NCBI GenBank assembly: GCA_964036045.1 | Contig: OZ038378.1 | Span: 175,770,001 to 175,834,000, forward strand | Length of the DNA: 64,000 nt | Source: Eutreptiella sp. 'Long Island Sound 2002' | Taxonomy: Eukaryota; Protista; Euglenida | Direction: 5' to 3' | Shown: piece by piece, positions 11,401 to 23,940 of the stretch | How positions within the stretch are numbered: the first letter of the stretch is position 1 | Layout: each line of letters opens with the position of its first letter | Notes under the pieces: generated by a model | What the model was told of the DNA's origin: nothing | Databases searched by the model: none | Seen by the model: only the letters and a program-made list of their open reading frames with translations | Position numbers and translations under genes: made by a program

Positions 11401-14400
11401 ATCCGGATCTTTTGTCTGTGGTTTAATCATGTTCCCCTCCATGCACGGCCACGGGGAGTTAGTCAATGTATGTTTGCGTGCACCCCCATGACACGAGACA
11501 CGGCTTGGCCAATGAGGATGCCAGCTTACAGCAAGGCAGATGGGCTGAAGCGTGAATTGTGGTATGTAGTGTAGTGAAGCATAGAACAAAGAAGGATTGA
11601 GCGAGTAAGAGTAAGAGTGGGAGCAAGGACTCTAACGGGACTGAGTAGCTGCAGCGCGAGAACGCTATTGCCTTGCTTTAGCCCACTCCATGTTTTCAAA
11701 ATGTTTTTCAGCCCCACATGCAGCGTGAAGGAGACCTCTGGGCACCAGGGACCCTTTTTGAAAATTCTCAAGGAGGATCCCCCCCCCCCCTTGCCGAGGC
11801 CTTGTGCCAACCCCCCCCCCCCCTTTGGGTCTCATTTTTGTCTCCCCCCAACATGCACTTATTGTACCCTTTATTTGATGTCAATTTATCACTGAGAAGC
11901 GAGCAGGGGAGAGACATCTTCCCTCGCGTAGCAACTCAACCAGAAAAGGGGGGCACCACATCGTCAAGCGCCCGGACAAAGCTGGGATACAGGTGCCGGC
12001 AAGGGGCCCATCACACCTCCACCCAACACGGGGCACCAACCTCAACCCAGCAATAACCCGCTCCTATGTGGAGGTGGTCTGGGGAGTCGCGCCAAGAAGT
12101 GGGCTGCCAACCATGGCAATTGGCCCACCCCACAACACCCGCTACAACACATACCCCCGCGCACCGCACCCACACGCACCTTGCAACACCCACCCCCCCC
12201 CGTGGGGCAGCAACCCTTCGTTGCTCATCAACCTGCGGCATCCACTGCGCCACCCAACACCCACGACGACATGAGGCCCCACGATCACCGCGCCGAGGAA
12301 TAACCGCCCACCCCTACCCAACAACCGACAACACCCGCCACAAGCCATACCCGTACGCACCATGCATGGGAAAGGGGGCGCAACAGGCGCAGCAAAGGCA
12401 CAAGGGAGAGGGTAGGGGGTTCGTGTTGTGCTCGCCAAAGGAAGGAATGAGCGCGGAATTTGGAGGCAAAAGGTTGTTATGTGCCCCCGTTGGGGAAAAG
12501 ACCCTGCAAGTGGACATCCCAGGGCCCACCAGCCGCCGTTGGGGAGAGGTACCTCACCGCCGGCTTGGGATGGCCGCTTGGACGCACATCGTCAAAGGCG
12601 AGGGCCGTTGCCTTCCTCTGTGTGGACTAGACGCAAAGAAGTGAAACAGGGCAAGTCCGGGGGCTCCGTTGGCGCAACCGACCAAGGGAACGGAAAGGAA
12701 AGGAGTGGTGAGAGGCCGATGGGCACCACCGCCTATGGAGGGAAAGGGTCCAAGGGAAGGGCAGCGAATGGCGATCGGCCAATAGGCGCCGCCGGCTGCA
12801 GACGAGTACAATACACCATGCCCCCCCCCCCGCCGCCCTTGGGTCACCAACAGCAGGCCGAAAACAAGATGTGCAGTAGGCCCTGGCTGTGGCAACGCAT
12901 TTGGGAGGTGCTTTTTCTCACACCAATGTGCACTGTCTCTCCCTCCCACTCCCTTTTGAAGTTACGTGCCTTTGAGTGGTTGCAACCCAGTAGCTCTTGG
13001 GAGGGGGCTGTGTTCACAAAGGTAAGGCCTCCACGTACACCTTAATGAGCCCCCCCCAACCCCCAGTCAAACAATACACTCCTTCGAATTTGAAATTTGA
13101 TCAGAAATGAAATTTTCGGGCTACCTTTGGTAAACAAATTCTTCTTGGGCATCAGAGCCTCCCCTGCTCCAAGGGGCGCAAAAGTGGTTAAGAAGTGCTT
13201 ACCATTGCGGTTGCAGAATGATGAGGTAGTGGCCAAACCCTCGGCTCTGTGTGTTCAGAAGTCCTGCAGACATTGCTCAGTGTAGCTCTGGTTGAGTTGC
13301 AAGAGACTGAGGAGGTGGGCCGGCAGGAGACCGCGGCGCGTGAGCAGAAGGAGCGCAAAGACCTGATCGATTTCGCCCCGCCACCCCCACGAAGACAGTC
13401 TGCGCCCCTTGGCAACGCTCGACCTCCTGTCGCTGCCCCGAGTCCTCCTTTGATGCCGCCTGCTGGTGCGCCGTCCTCCCGGATGCAGGCAAAGCCCGCA
13501 TCAATGCCTATGCGTGTGATCAACGCGTTGGTAGACTCGGAGGAGATCACGCGCCTGGGCCTCACGTCTGCTGAGGTGGAGGACTTCAAGAGGCTATGCC
13601 ATTATTTCCGGGGGCTACGCGAGGAGTTGTTCCAGAATGCCCGGGAAACCGTGTGCGATGTTGAGGGTGCAGAGCGGACCATCCTGGTCAGCAAAGAGGA
13701 GCACGAGAGGGTTTCGACGCTGTCCAGGTGTGCCCCCCCCCCCCCGCCTTCCATTCGTGCTGTGTGCATGCGAACAACAGGCCGAAAAGCTGATATGCCG
13801 TAGGTTCTTGATCTGACAGTGCATTTTTGCAGTGTGTATTTCAAACACCGGTCTGCATCGTCTTTCCTTCCCTCTCCCTTTTTAGTGATCACCCCCCCCC
13901 AAAAAAAATGTATACCCGGGGTACAGGTTTCGGCAACACGCTCAGTAAGGCCAGGGGGGTGTAAATTTTGGGCGGGGAGGTGCTGCATGCTCCTGTTCAC
14001 TTGTCATTCAGTTTTGCTTTGTGCTGGCTGCATGGAACATTCAGATTCTGAATTCGATTTTGAACTACATGAGGTAGACCCATGAGTTGATGGCTTTTCT
14101 GATGACCTTTCTAAGACATCTTCTGAGGGACGACGAAGAGAGATGCAATGACAGTGATGGTTCGTTCTCCGTTTGCTTGTATATCTCTCGGCATCGGCAG
14201 GTTTTGCGCCAACTCGGTGGGTTTTCGGTGGTCGTCGTCATTGTTGCCTTATTTGTGCCCACTGTGTGTCCCGTGGGGGGGGGGGTATGTGGGGTATATT
14301 CGGAAAGCCCTTGAAAAGGGCTATTTGGAACACCCTGGGTCTGCATGCTGTACTGACGATATGTTTGAGATTTTCGTCCGTTTTGGACGGTACCTGTTGC

Positions 14401-17400
14401 TCGCTGCCTCGAGCATTGCTCCGTCCTGTGCATTGCCCAATTTGAAGCTCTATTTGCTGAAAAATGTGACCCCCCCCCCCAACCCATACATTTCTGAAAC
14501 GGCCTTCTCTCACAGATTTCAAAAAATATACACATACCCCCCCCAAAGTGACGAAATTTTGGCGCGTTGGACGAAAAGTTCACAAAACGGAGGAAAAATG
14601 CCAAAACCCACCGTGTTGGCCCACAATGAATGAGGCCGAGAGATATGCTAAAGGGGGTACGACGTCAATCATGTACCCGTTCCTTTCACTGCTGGTGTAT
14701 TGTGAGGGCGTGCATAGGCAACGCTTTTGTCCAAACAACGCGAGGTGTTGTTTCCGCATTTCTTTTTGAATTTCACTGTTGTTTGGACAAGGGAGGGGGG
14801 TAGGTGGCTGGGTCAAACTCGTCGAGTCTACTGAAGGTTCCACCTGCGCCTTCGCTTCGCTCACCTGAATTAGGTTTTAACCCTCCCCTCTCACAGTCAC
14901 ATACCGCTCAACGGGGCAGGTACCAGGTCAGGCTGCCCTGCGAAACAAGATGCCACAGGAAACACGCGGCCAGTGTCAGCAGTGCGACAGACATTTCACT
15001 CTCACTGCACCACCAAACCTCCCTCGCCCCCACCGTTCTGGTGAGGCCCCACGCGCACCAAAAGAAAAACACAAGGTTCGTCGCCGGTAGGGCTTTTTTT
15101 TGAGACGTCGGCATCTGCTGGTCGAGGACTACTGCGGTGCATTGGGTGTTTGGAGTTGGGCTGTGTGCCGATGGGAATCCCGATGTGTCCCCCATGTGCG
15201 GGTGGTGTGTGTGGCCAGACCCCTGTTCACTCACTGTGTTAGTGGGTTGTAGAAGACTGGTTTGCTTTGGCCTTTTCCCCTGCCAGGGTTTTGCTTCTGG
15301 TGAGGACCTTGGGTATGCATCCAGCCGATTTTGGTGTCGCTATCGGTGGATCCAGCCTCAGAAATACCCGTTTGCGTAGTGTCACTGTGCACTTATCCCC
15401 AAAATGGGCTGATTTACGGAAAAATGGGGGAAAATGGGGGAAAATGTGGGAAATTTTGGATGCTCGATGGAAAAATGGGGAATTTTGGGGCTGAAAAGGT
15501 CAAAAAACATGGTTTTTGATTGGCAACAAGGCTTTTGGGGGGGGGGGGTGCATTGGTGAAAGCTCCCGAGGAAAATGGGGGAAAATGGGGAAACCAAACC
15601 AGTCCACCTTAGCCCCACAATTTTTGTTATTTGTCCCCACCTCCCCCCATAACACCCCATTTCCCCCTCATTTCCCCCAATTTCCCCCCATTCCCCCAAT
15701 TTCCCCCCATTCCCCCCCATTTCCCCCCATTTCCCCCTTTTTTCCTGGTACTGGGTACAATACGGGTACGTTGCTGGGAAAATTACCACCCACCTCGTCC
15801 GGGTCTTTCTGAGGCCTGGTGGATTGCCTCAGTTGATGTCCTGAGAGGGGTTGTCCTGCCCGGGTGCCCGGCTTTCTCCTCAATGAGTGTGTCCGATTGC
15901 AGCCCGGATCACTTCGTATCACAGGCGTTGGAACGAGCTGGTGCCATGCATCACTCGGCTTTGGATCGCGGAGGTGGTGAAGGAGGAGGAGGCCGCCCGG
16001 ACAAGCCTGTGCGCTGCTGAGCAGCGAACCCACCAAGACCTCGCGGATGTGTCCCTGCAGATGAGGACGACGTGCATGCAGCAGCAGCAGCGCGCGCTCG
16101 CGGACCGGCAACAGGCAAAGCGCGCGCGCGTGGCCGATGCAGAGATGCGGGAATGGACCCTCCTGGACAGTGAGTTCCACAGCTCCAAACCGGTCCCCAA
16201 GGGCCCGATCGTCGCAGTCGACGCAGAAAAGGAATCGCGAGACAAAATTGGTCGCGAGGAGCTAGAGGCCCGGCGCCTGCTTTTCTCCGCGTGGCTGGAC
16301 GGGTGCACCGTCCCGGCCCCGGCGGCGGCCCCGCAGCGAGCCCCGTCGCCGGTCGGGGGCGCGGCCGTCAGGACCACCGCAGACCCCGTCCGGAAGGGGA
16401 GTGTCAGCAAGCAGCCCCACCAGCCACGTCATCCTACTCCGTCGTCGAAAGGCCGGGCCGCCCCGCCCCGCCCAAACAACAGTGCGCCAAAGTCGGGCAC
16501 ACTGTTGACCCCCGAGGACCTCCTCTTGGCCAAAGACCTCGCGCTGCTGCAGATGCGCGAGCACCTCGTGCGGCACACGTGCCTGCAGACTCAGGAGGCG
16601 GACCGGGAGAAGCTGGCGTGGCGGATCTGGCGGTGCACCCCTGCAGCCCCCCGAAACCCGAAACCCCAGAGCCCTAGACCTTGACCACCACAGGGGAGGT
16701 CGGGGTTTTAACTGGTGGGGGGGGTTTTGGGAAAAGGGCTCAACTGACAGGGCCAGTAATCAGTTATTGTGAACTCTGGTGCCAAAGGCACGGAAACTTT
16801 TTTTGAAAAGGGTCATTTTTTTCTTCACCAGATGAATGGCAAATGATGATTTTTCTGAACCCCCTCGGCGCGCTGATTCCGAAAATCCCATTTTCTGCCG
16901 AATTTTGGGTCCAGGTCACCTCCGGAGCCCAGAGGTCAGTCTCGGAAGGATTATGGGGGGCCCGTCAATTGAGCTTTTTTTTTGAGGGGGGTCTACCCAG
17001 ATGGCTTCTCGACGAGCCCCCCCCCCCCCAGTTGCCTCAATCTGTATTGCTGTACTGTCTGTCTGTCTGTACCACCAATTTTTAATCCCATTCCAATCCT
17101 CACTCTCTAAGTAGGTCTCACCCCCCCCCCTTGCCTGACAGACCGTACAGCCCTCAAAATTGGGGACGATTTCCCCCTTTTCGTACCCTTCTTCTGAAGG
17201 CAAGTCTGGCCACCCGCTTTGGCGGTTGGCCGTCAGCTGCCGCCGCTTCAGGGGAACGTGAAGCACGTTGGCGTGGGACGACGTTTCTATTGGGGTGCGG
17301 GTAAGCGGGGCGGTCCGTAGGGACACCCACCGGGTCTTGCCCCTTGTTTGAAAGGCGTGGCCCCAGCCTTACGTTGGCACGGCCGACAACCAGAGGAGGA

Positions 17401-18119
17401 CCTCCCCCCCCCCCCCCTCCCTTCTGTTTCAGACACAGTGTGTGTTTTGAGGTTCAACCAGGTTTGGCATAGAGAATAAAGATGCGCTTATGCCTGACTG
17501 TGGAGTGCATTACCTCTGGTTTGCATTTGTCTGTTTTTTAATTAGGTCACACCCCCCCCCTCCCAGACCGAAGTGACCATTGTGGGGAGAAACGAAATTT
17601 ACAAGAGGAAAATCTGATTGGGCCATTTTTGGTACAGAGATTCCCAGACCCCCCCCCCCCCACCCACCCTCCTCTCTTCTAACGTTAGCCTGCCCGCCCC
17701 CAGCGAACACTCGAGTTACCAGCAAACTGCTGTCGATCCCCTTCCAACCGTCAAGCTGAGTTTGGTGCACGCCAGCAGTTTTTTCTTCAATTTTTCTTGT
17801 TTTGGCCCTGAGGGGAATTCGTGCCCTACAGCCCCATGACCAACCAGCGCTACGGCCGTGCAACCCACGCAGCCATACAACGTCCACGCGCCGACACCAC
17901 ACGTCCCCTGTTCTGCAACCCCACCAACTTCACAGGGACATCAAGGCTGAGTTCTTGGACCTGAGCGTTGTGACCCCGGAGGAGAAGCTGCAGCACATGC
18001 TGGACACGCTCGAGGGGGAGGAGGAGGTCGAGCGCGCGGCGAATGCGGTGAAGGAGGACAACGCGTTCACGATGCTGTCGTTCCGGTACCTGCTGTGGAC
18101 TGGAGTGGCAGTGTTGTGA
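5429..18119 (+). CDS. Large coiled-coil repeat protein (>=1280 aa), 5' end unresolved
   Basis: Exons 5429-7220, 7567-8256, 13259-13727, 15925-16632, 17936-18119 total 3843 nt (1281 codons) with consistent phases 1,1,2,2. Donors GTGTGT/GTGTGT/GTGTGC/GTGCAC; all acceptors are CAG. The recurrent motif RQxLxExEDMxRxxI continues across the 7220/7567 junction (RRQG|LLESEDMRR). Confidence 0.75.
10344..11039. mobile_element. MITE-like element with ~40-bp inverted termini
   Basis: GAAAATTGCTCTGC(G)nCATGAACGCCC at 10344-10387 and its reverse complement at 11002-11039; no TSD evident. Confidence 0.55.
10614..10684 (+). other. tRNA-like (A box/B box) sequence, degenerate tRNA or SINE head
   Basis: A-box-like TGGTCGAATGG (10621-10631), B box GGTTCGAATCC (10663-10673), 6/7 acceptor-like pairing; the T and anticodon arms are non-canonical. 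Confidence 0.4.
14185..14642 (+). mobile_element. 458-bp MITE, deletion derivative of the Sola1-like element at 44326-45777
   Basis: Termini CTCTCGGC...GCCGAGAG with ~40-bp imperfect TIRs; ATAT TSD at 14181-14184 and 14643-14646; both internal arms align by eye to ~44385-44550 and ~45590-45720. Confidence 0.85.
15410..15740. repeat. Inverted pair of low-complexity arrays (AAAATGGGGG)n / (CCCCCATTT)n
   Basis: G-strand arrays at ~15410-15490 and 15571-15590; complementary C-strand array at ~15645-15740. Confidence 0.8.
16732..16978. mobile_element. Small MITE-like element
   Basis: AAAAGGGCTCAACTGACAGGGCC (16732-16754) and GGGCCCGTCAATTGAGCTTTT (~16958-16978) are imperfect inverted repeats. 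Confidence 0.45.
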
Positions 18120-19996
18120 GGCCGCACGGATGCGCCACGCGCCGGAAATGAGCGTGTGCGTGTTCTTGCCACGACGGACCATCTGCCTCCGGTGGGGCGG
18201 TGAATGAATTCCATAAATGGCAGTCAACGGGCGGCAGTTGTTGGCGGGGGTTTTTCGGGAGGTTGGGATTCTTGGCGTTGCCCCTCTCAGGAATGCGCCC
18301 GGCGCGCGGTCAGCCCTAGAGGATCCTCACGGAAAGACAACACGACTGAGTCACCCGATCAGCATTTCTTCACCAGCGATTAACTTCAATTTCAAGCCGG
18401 CATCCCGCAGCTTTATGTCCCCTCCGGCAACCGGCAACCGGCAAATCTACTCCATTTTTGTGGATTAACCCTCCCCCCCGGCAGCAAAGGCATTCAGATA
18501 TTTGTGTACCCCCCCCCCCCCCGGCCACCACGACTGATGAACTCGCTGGAGAACGGTGGCTGGACATTCAGCTCAGCCCACCGATCATTTGATGCCCCCG
18601 CGACCAAATGAAATCACTGTTCGGCCTCCCCCTTTTGTCTCGTCAAGACTTGATGGATACGCGACTGAAGGTCGCAGGCCGTTTGTGGTCGTATTGGGCC
18701 GTCTGTTCGGGCGTTCTTTTGCAGCTGCGGTTTGATTCCATTGTGCCCTTTCTCTTGAGAGAGGCGTAGGTCGGCAGACATGCGGTACAAATCGACACTC
18801 AAGTTCGACAACGCAAAGCAGTGCAAAGCTCGCGTACAGGCCCTGGGCTGAGTTGCATTCAATCCTTTTGGAGCTGGTGTCCAGCGCCCGAGCTCAGGCT
18901 GCGACACCCGTCAGCCAGGGGCCGGTTTCGCCCCGGGTTTTGGACTCGCGTGAATCTCTGTTAGAGTCCGGATCGCCGCACTGTTCCATGTTCATCGCCG
19001 CTCTGCCCCGGGGTCCTGCTTCCCGATTCGGGTGAAGGTGGGGTATGGCTGAGGCGCTGAAGGCCAAACCCATTTTTTGGAAGCCTCAGTCTCCAAAAGA
19101 CATGACAGACGTGGGGGTTTTCCTTTGGCAACCCGGTGCTGCACCACGGGCAGTGGCACGTTGTGGCCCTTGAGTATCGAGGACGAGCCTGCAGCACTGC
19201 CATCATCGAAGCATCGCCCTGCGCTTCTGGCTCGTGTCAGCCATGCAAACACGTGCCGTCGCCAGATGTTGCGCTACATAGTGGCGCTGCATAGTGCGCA
19301 AAGCTTCTTGCCGCGGCAGATGTGATGCAGCCACTTTTGCCCCCTTTCAGATCTGTGCACTGCATCTCACGAGGTCACGGCACAGAGTACAGCCAAGTTC
19401 TTGCCGCATTTGTGTGACAGCAGCAGTCCCCAGCCTTGGTGAGCTAAGGCATGGCTGGTGGGGCACCTCTGTTATGGGCGCAGCTGCTGTGCCGGTGAAT
19501 TCCTTGCAATTCATTTCCAATATGCAAATTGGGCCCTCCCGACACCATTCCAAAATTGTGGTGATGTGAAGTTCAACGGCCGGTTGGTTGCCAAAATACC
19601 GAGCCCGCCGACCGTTCTCCGACAACCGGAACAGAACAAGGTTCACGGCTTGTGAGGGGATGGGACGTAGTGCACTTGTTCACAGATGAACTTGGGGGCC
19701 TTGGGTCACGGAAAGGGGGCAGTGGCGCAATATGTGGAATCTTGCTGGGCCAAACAAGATTTTTTTTCTGCAGTTTTTTTTAGGACGGCTGTTTGCGTGG
19801 GGCTTCTTTGGCCCCTTGGGTTTGAGATGTGGATTCACATTTGCTATCCATGTCTTTTTGCGATAGCCCAGGGCTGAAGGCCTGTGCAGGGTTCCTTTTC
19901 TGTCGTGTAATTTTCTGTAGGATCTGGGATCCGTAGACGGATGGTGATGTGTGGTAGGGGACTCAAGCCTGCTTCATCGATTTCGTTGTATCATGG

Positions 19997-20322
19997 CCAG
20001 ACCACGTGTTAGTGTGCGGCGGGAGGTTGGGCCGGCGTGTGCCGACGTCTGGCGGGGTGGTGGTTCCACGTGTGCCGACGTCTGGCGGACTGGCTGGTCC
20101 GCGTGCGCCGACATCTGGCAAATGTGCAATGCAGTTTTTTTCTTCCCCTTGTGTATTTTTGAACACCTCACCGGCGAACGTCGGATCACTGCACCTGGGC
20201 CGCATACCCAACTGTTCGGAGGTGCCCAACATTGACGTGTGCCGGCGTGTGCCGACGTCTGGCGGGAGGTTGCGCTCGCGTGCGCCGACGTGTGGTTTGC
20301 CGCACACTAACACGACGTCTGA
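19997..20322. mobile_element. 326-bp MITE with 24-bp TIRs and apparent 6-bp TSD
   Basis: TIR CCAGACCACGTGTTAGTGTGCGGC / GCCGCACACTAACACGACGTCTGA (21/24 match); TCATGG on both sides (19991-19996, 20323-20328); internal GCCGACGTCTGGCGG repeats. Confidence 0.75.
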
Positions 20323-23300
20323 TCATGGCAGTGTGCAGGCTCAGCGAGCTGGCTCAAAAATTTATTTTTCTCTGAAATTTTCAGCTGTCAGATGCATTGG
20401 GGCATTTTACAATTTTGGCCGTTTCGGAGGTTTTAGTGCCAGATTTCAGGTGAAAGGGTTTTGCCACCATCTTAGTCGGGGCGTGGGGAACACACACTTT
20501 CTGGATGTAATGCTTCTGTGCGGCAAGTCAATAATGGCTCAACACGACGTGTTGCGCTTTTAAGACGCCCCTGGCCGCAGCACATGTTCACGAGACAGGG
20601 GTAGGACAGTAAGAAATCGGACCCCGCCCCTGGTGAGCTACAAAAATCATCCCTGATGTTTTCCGCCTGCTCTGTGCACCGGGTGAAATCAAGGCGATCG
20701 CTCGAAAATCTCCACATTCTGGAACCGCATCCCCTTTTGTCAATTGCCCTTCGACAGTTACCTATGTCTACTGCAATGCAATCCCAGCAAGTGTTGCGCA
20801 TGCATTTTCGTCCACCAGACGCAACATATCGTTCCCCAGCCAGTCCTGCTGCAAGAGGCACCTTGTGACAAGGGTCTGGAACATTGGGTGTTTGGCAGCA
20901 TGGGGGAGCAGGCAGCGCTGCTGTGAGGAGGTTGTCGCCCCCACTTGTTTTCTAGAAAGGTGGTCTGTGGCCTCTGGCTGAACAAACCCTTCAAGCTGGT
21001 AAGGGGCAAGGAGGAGGAGCCAAAACCCTCCTCAACCTCTCACCTCCCCTTGAGATTAGGACCCCTCGTTTGAGCTCCGTCTGGAACGACGGTGGCAGGT
21101 CCATCAAAACCATCACTGTCGCATTCGGTTTCTTTCCTCCCACCACTGCTCTGGTACTATGTGTCCCTCCTCAGTCCACTATATTGGCCTAACCCTGTCC
21201 CGTATTTTCCAATTTCGAACCCTCATTTCCCCAAGTTAGTTGGCTGCATGCCCACAGAATCTTTCTTCCTCGAACAGTGCATGCAATCAGGTATTATTGC
21301 TTGCAACTGGTCACACAACAGTTTGCACTGTGGGTGGCCTTTGGTGCCGTCATCGGCATACATGGGCGGGGGGGGGTATGGGGGCATCAAGTCTGTGCGT
21401 CTATGCTAATGGAATTGGTCGCATGGATGCGTCTCGCAGCTGATGGAAACACTCCCCCGAACAGCAGAATCAAAATTCATGGCTGGAATCTGCTGTTCAA
21501 ATACGTTCCTGCCAGTTTGACGATTTTGGTCACCTGAAATACTCCATTTCAAGCCCTGCATTGATGAACCGCGAATCATTTCATAGCCTCCATGTCGCAC
21601 ACCCCGTATTTTCTGTGGCCTTCGTGCAAAACACATCGCACAAGTTCGTCTGTTGGCAAGCAACACGCATAAAATTTGTTGTCGCATGTGATGGCGCTCA
21701 AGTTTCATGAAAATGCCATGGCTCATCCGGATCCAGAATCGCTGTTTTCCTTCCGTTTCACTCTGGTTGCGAAGTGCGATCATGCAGTTGCGGTTCTGCT
21801 CTGTATTGGTGTTTTTCTTTGGTGCTGCAGGTATCATGTGTTATGCGTGCCATGCTTCGCTATGGAGTGGGTGCGCAGTGTGTACAACGACAATGACAGT
21901 CGCCCCATGAGCCTGTGGCACTGGCTGAGTCGGCGCTTTTGCATGAATGCTTGAGCAGATGTCAGCACGGGAAGCAATGAAGCAAGGCAGTAGTAAAGCC
22001 CCAACATGGGATCCCCCCTGCAAGCAAACACAGCACGGTTGCAATTTATACGCTGCTTTATGCTGCTGCCAGCATTTTGGATCAGTTTGGCAGTGTCCTT
22101 GTCTCTTTTTTCAAGGGCGGACACTAATTGTTGCAGAGGGAATTTCTCTGTTTGAGGGAAGTGGATACCACCAGAGCATGTTCTGCAAGTTTTCTAACAC
22201 TTTTTCTTCCCTGCCATTATCTTTCTTTCTTGTAATCTTTGTAAATCACACTGCAAGTTTTATGATGCTGCCCAAGGGAACACAGCACAAATATAAACAA
22301 AGTCCATTATGTGCAAAGCTGTAGCTGGTCATAGGGAGGTTTTCTTGTGCATATGCATGTGCTGCCGGTGCCTGTGACTACGTGATTTAAATGTGTCAAT
22401 GCATGCAGCCGGTACTGTGTGGTGGTGTTCACAGCTTGGTCTCAACATCATGGGTGAAACGGCAGAGCTGCATCCTGACCCTATGGGCCATTTATCCAGT
22501 GTGTTCGCATGCTTGTCCTCCCATGATACAGGGAGACCGAGAGATATGCCACCCGATGAGACCAAATTTTGGTGTATGGTTTACGAGAACTACTGCTGTA
22601 TTCAAAAATAGGACAGGTTGCTCCACCAGCATCCTGTACCCTTTCTGTGCAACGACAGCCTTGAGCGACTACTTCGTGGTGCAACGGGGCGGTGGGGTAA
22701 TCATGAAGTGCCAGGACAGCTGGTTTCTTTTCGGGTGGGCATGAATTGTTGACAGAACCCTGGGGCATCCCGGAGGTCACGAGGCTTGGAATCCTGCTGT
22801 ACAAATTTGTGGTGATAGGATACAGTGTGTTACAGTTGTGTGTTTCATGCATTTCACTGATGCTCAATTGTTCTGCAACCCTGTAAGGTCTGGCGCCAGT
22901 TTTTTCTGATTATGTCTGTCACAGATAGTGCGCTTGTGCAACCACGTCATGTATCCATGGCCCATGATGCTATTCATGCTTTAATGCGAGTGTTTTCTGT
23001 TTTTGTTTGTTTGAATTCAGCGTTTTTTCCTCACTTTGGAAGAAACACAGTGGGGTGGGGCACATTGTCATTAATGGGATGTGCATGGAAGTTTGTGGCG
23101 CGGAATTGGCAGTCGCACCATAGGTGTCCCTGTCAATGATTGATTCAAATGGTGGGGAGAGATTCCCACACAACGCAAACCCTTCTGTTGACAATATAGC
23201 ATCTGCTTTTCTGCATGATATACAATGCACGCATTGATCAGCAGATTGGTGGTGCAGATCTTGTACATACCATGACCCATGTTCTGTATATACCAGCATT

Positions 23301-23940
23301 GGTGTTTTAGTGCCAACTTGCATGATACTGAATATTTGCCCTAGATAGAGGGTGCCAGGGTTGCACTGGTGCATTTTGTTGTAGGAATCTCATGCACTGC
23401 AGTGGGTTTTGCTTTACCACAAATTAATGCAGTATGGACGTATGGGCTCGTTTGTGCCCCCCCCCCCCCCCTCCTGTCAAAGCACTCATTGGGACAAACA
23501 CAGATAGAAGCAAGCAATTGCACATGCAAAGAACACCCATTATGAGCCATTTGATTTTGTATGCAACAGAAGCTTTTTTTTTTTTGCTGTCATGTTGTTT
23601 TATGGATTGTTGAGCGGCGATGTTTCACCTTTTTTTTTTTGGCTGTCATGTTATTTTATGGATTGTTGAGCAGCGATATTTCATTTTCCGACGTTCAGCG
23701 ATCAACGCCACATTTTTGAGCACCTGAAGAGGAAAATCACACAAAACAACCAAAATTAGCTTTTGGTTTATCAAAATCCGACATTGTAGGCCTAGGTCAT
23801 GAGTTCTTGAATTTGTGGTTTTTTAATGCCGCGTAGATAATTGTGCTCAACCCGCTCACCTGTTAGTGGACGCTATACAAGCGATCAAAGCAAATATTTT
23901 ACTTGTTCTTGATTAAGATTATGTTCCCCTTTATTTGCCA

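Noticed and set aside
8493-13045. Many 100-270-aa ORFs in the intronic repeat mosaic
   Set aside because: Gly/Pro-rich translations of G/C homopolymers and MITEs, with no codon bias or domains.
16633-16684. Stop of ORF 15887-16684 as the gene end
   Set aside because: Donor GTGCAC at 16633 splices in frame to a codon-biased exon 17936-18119 that continues the repeat.
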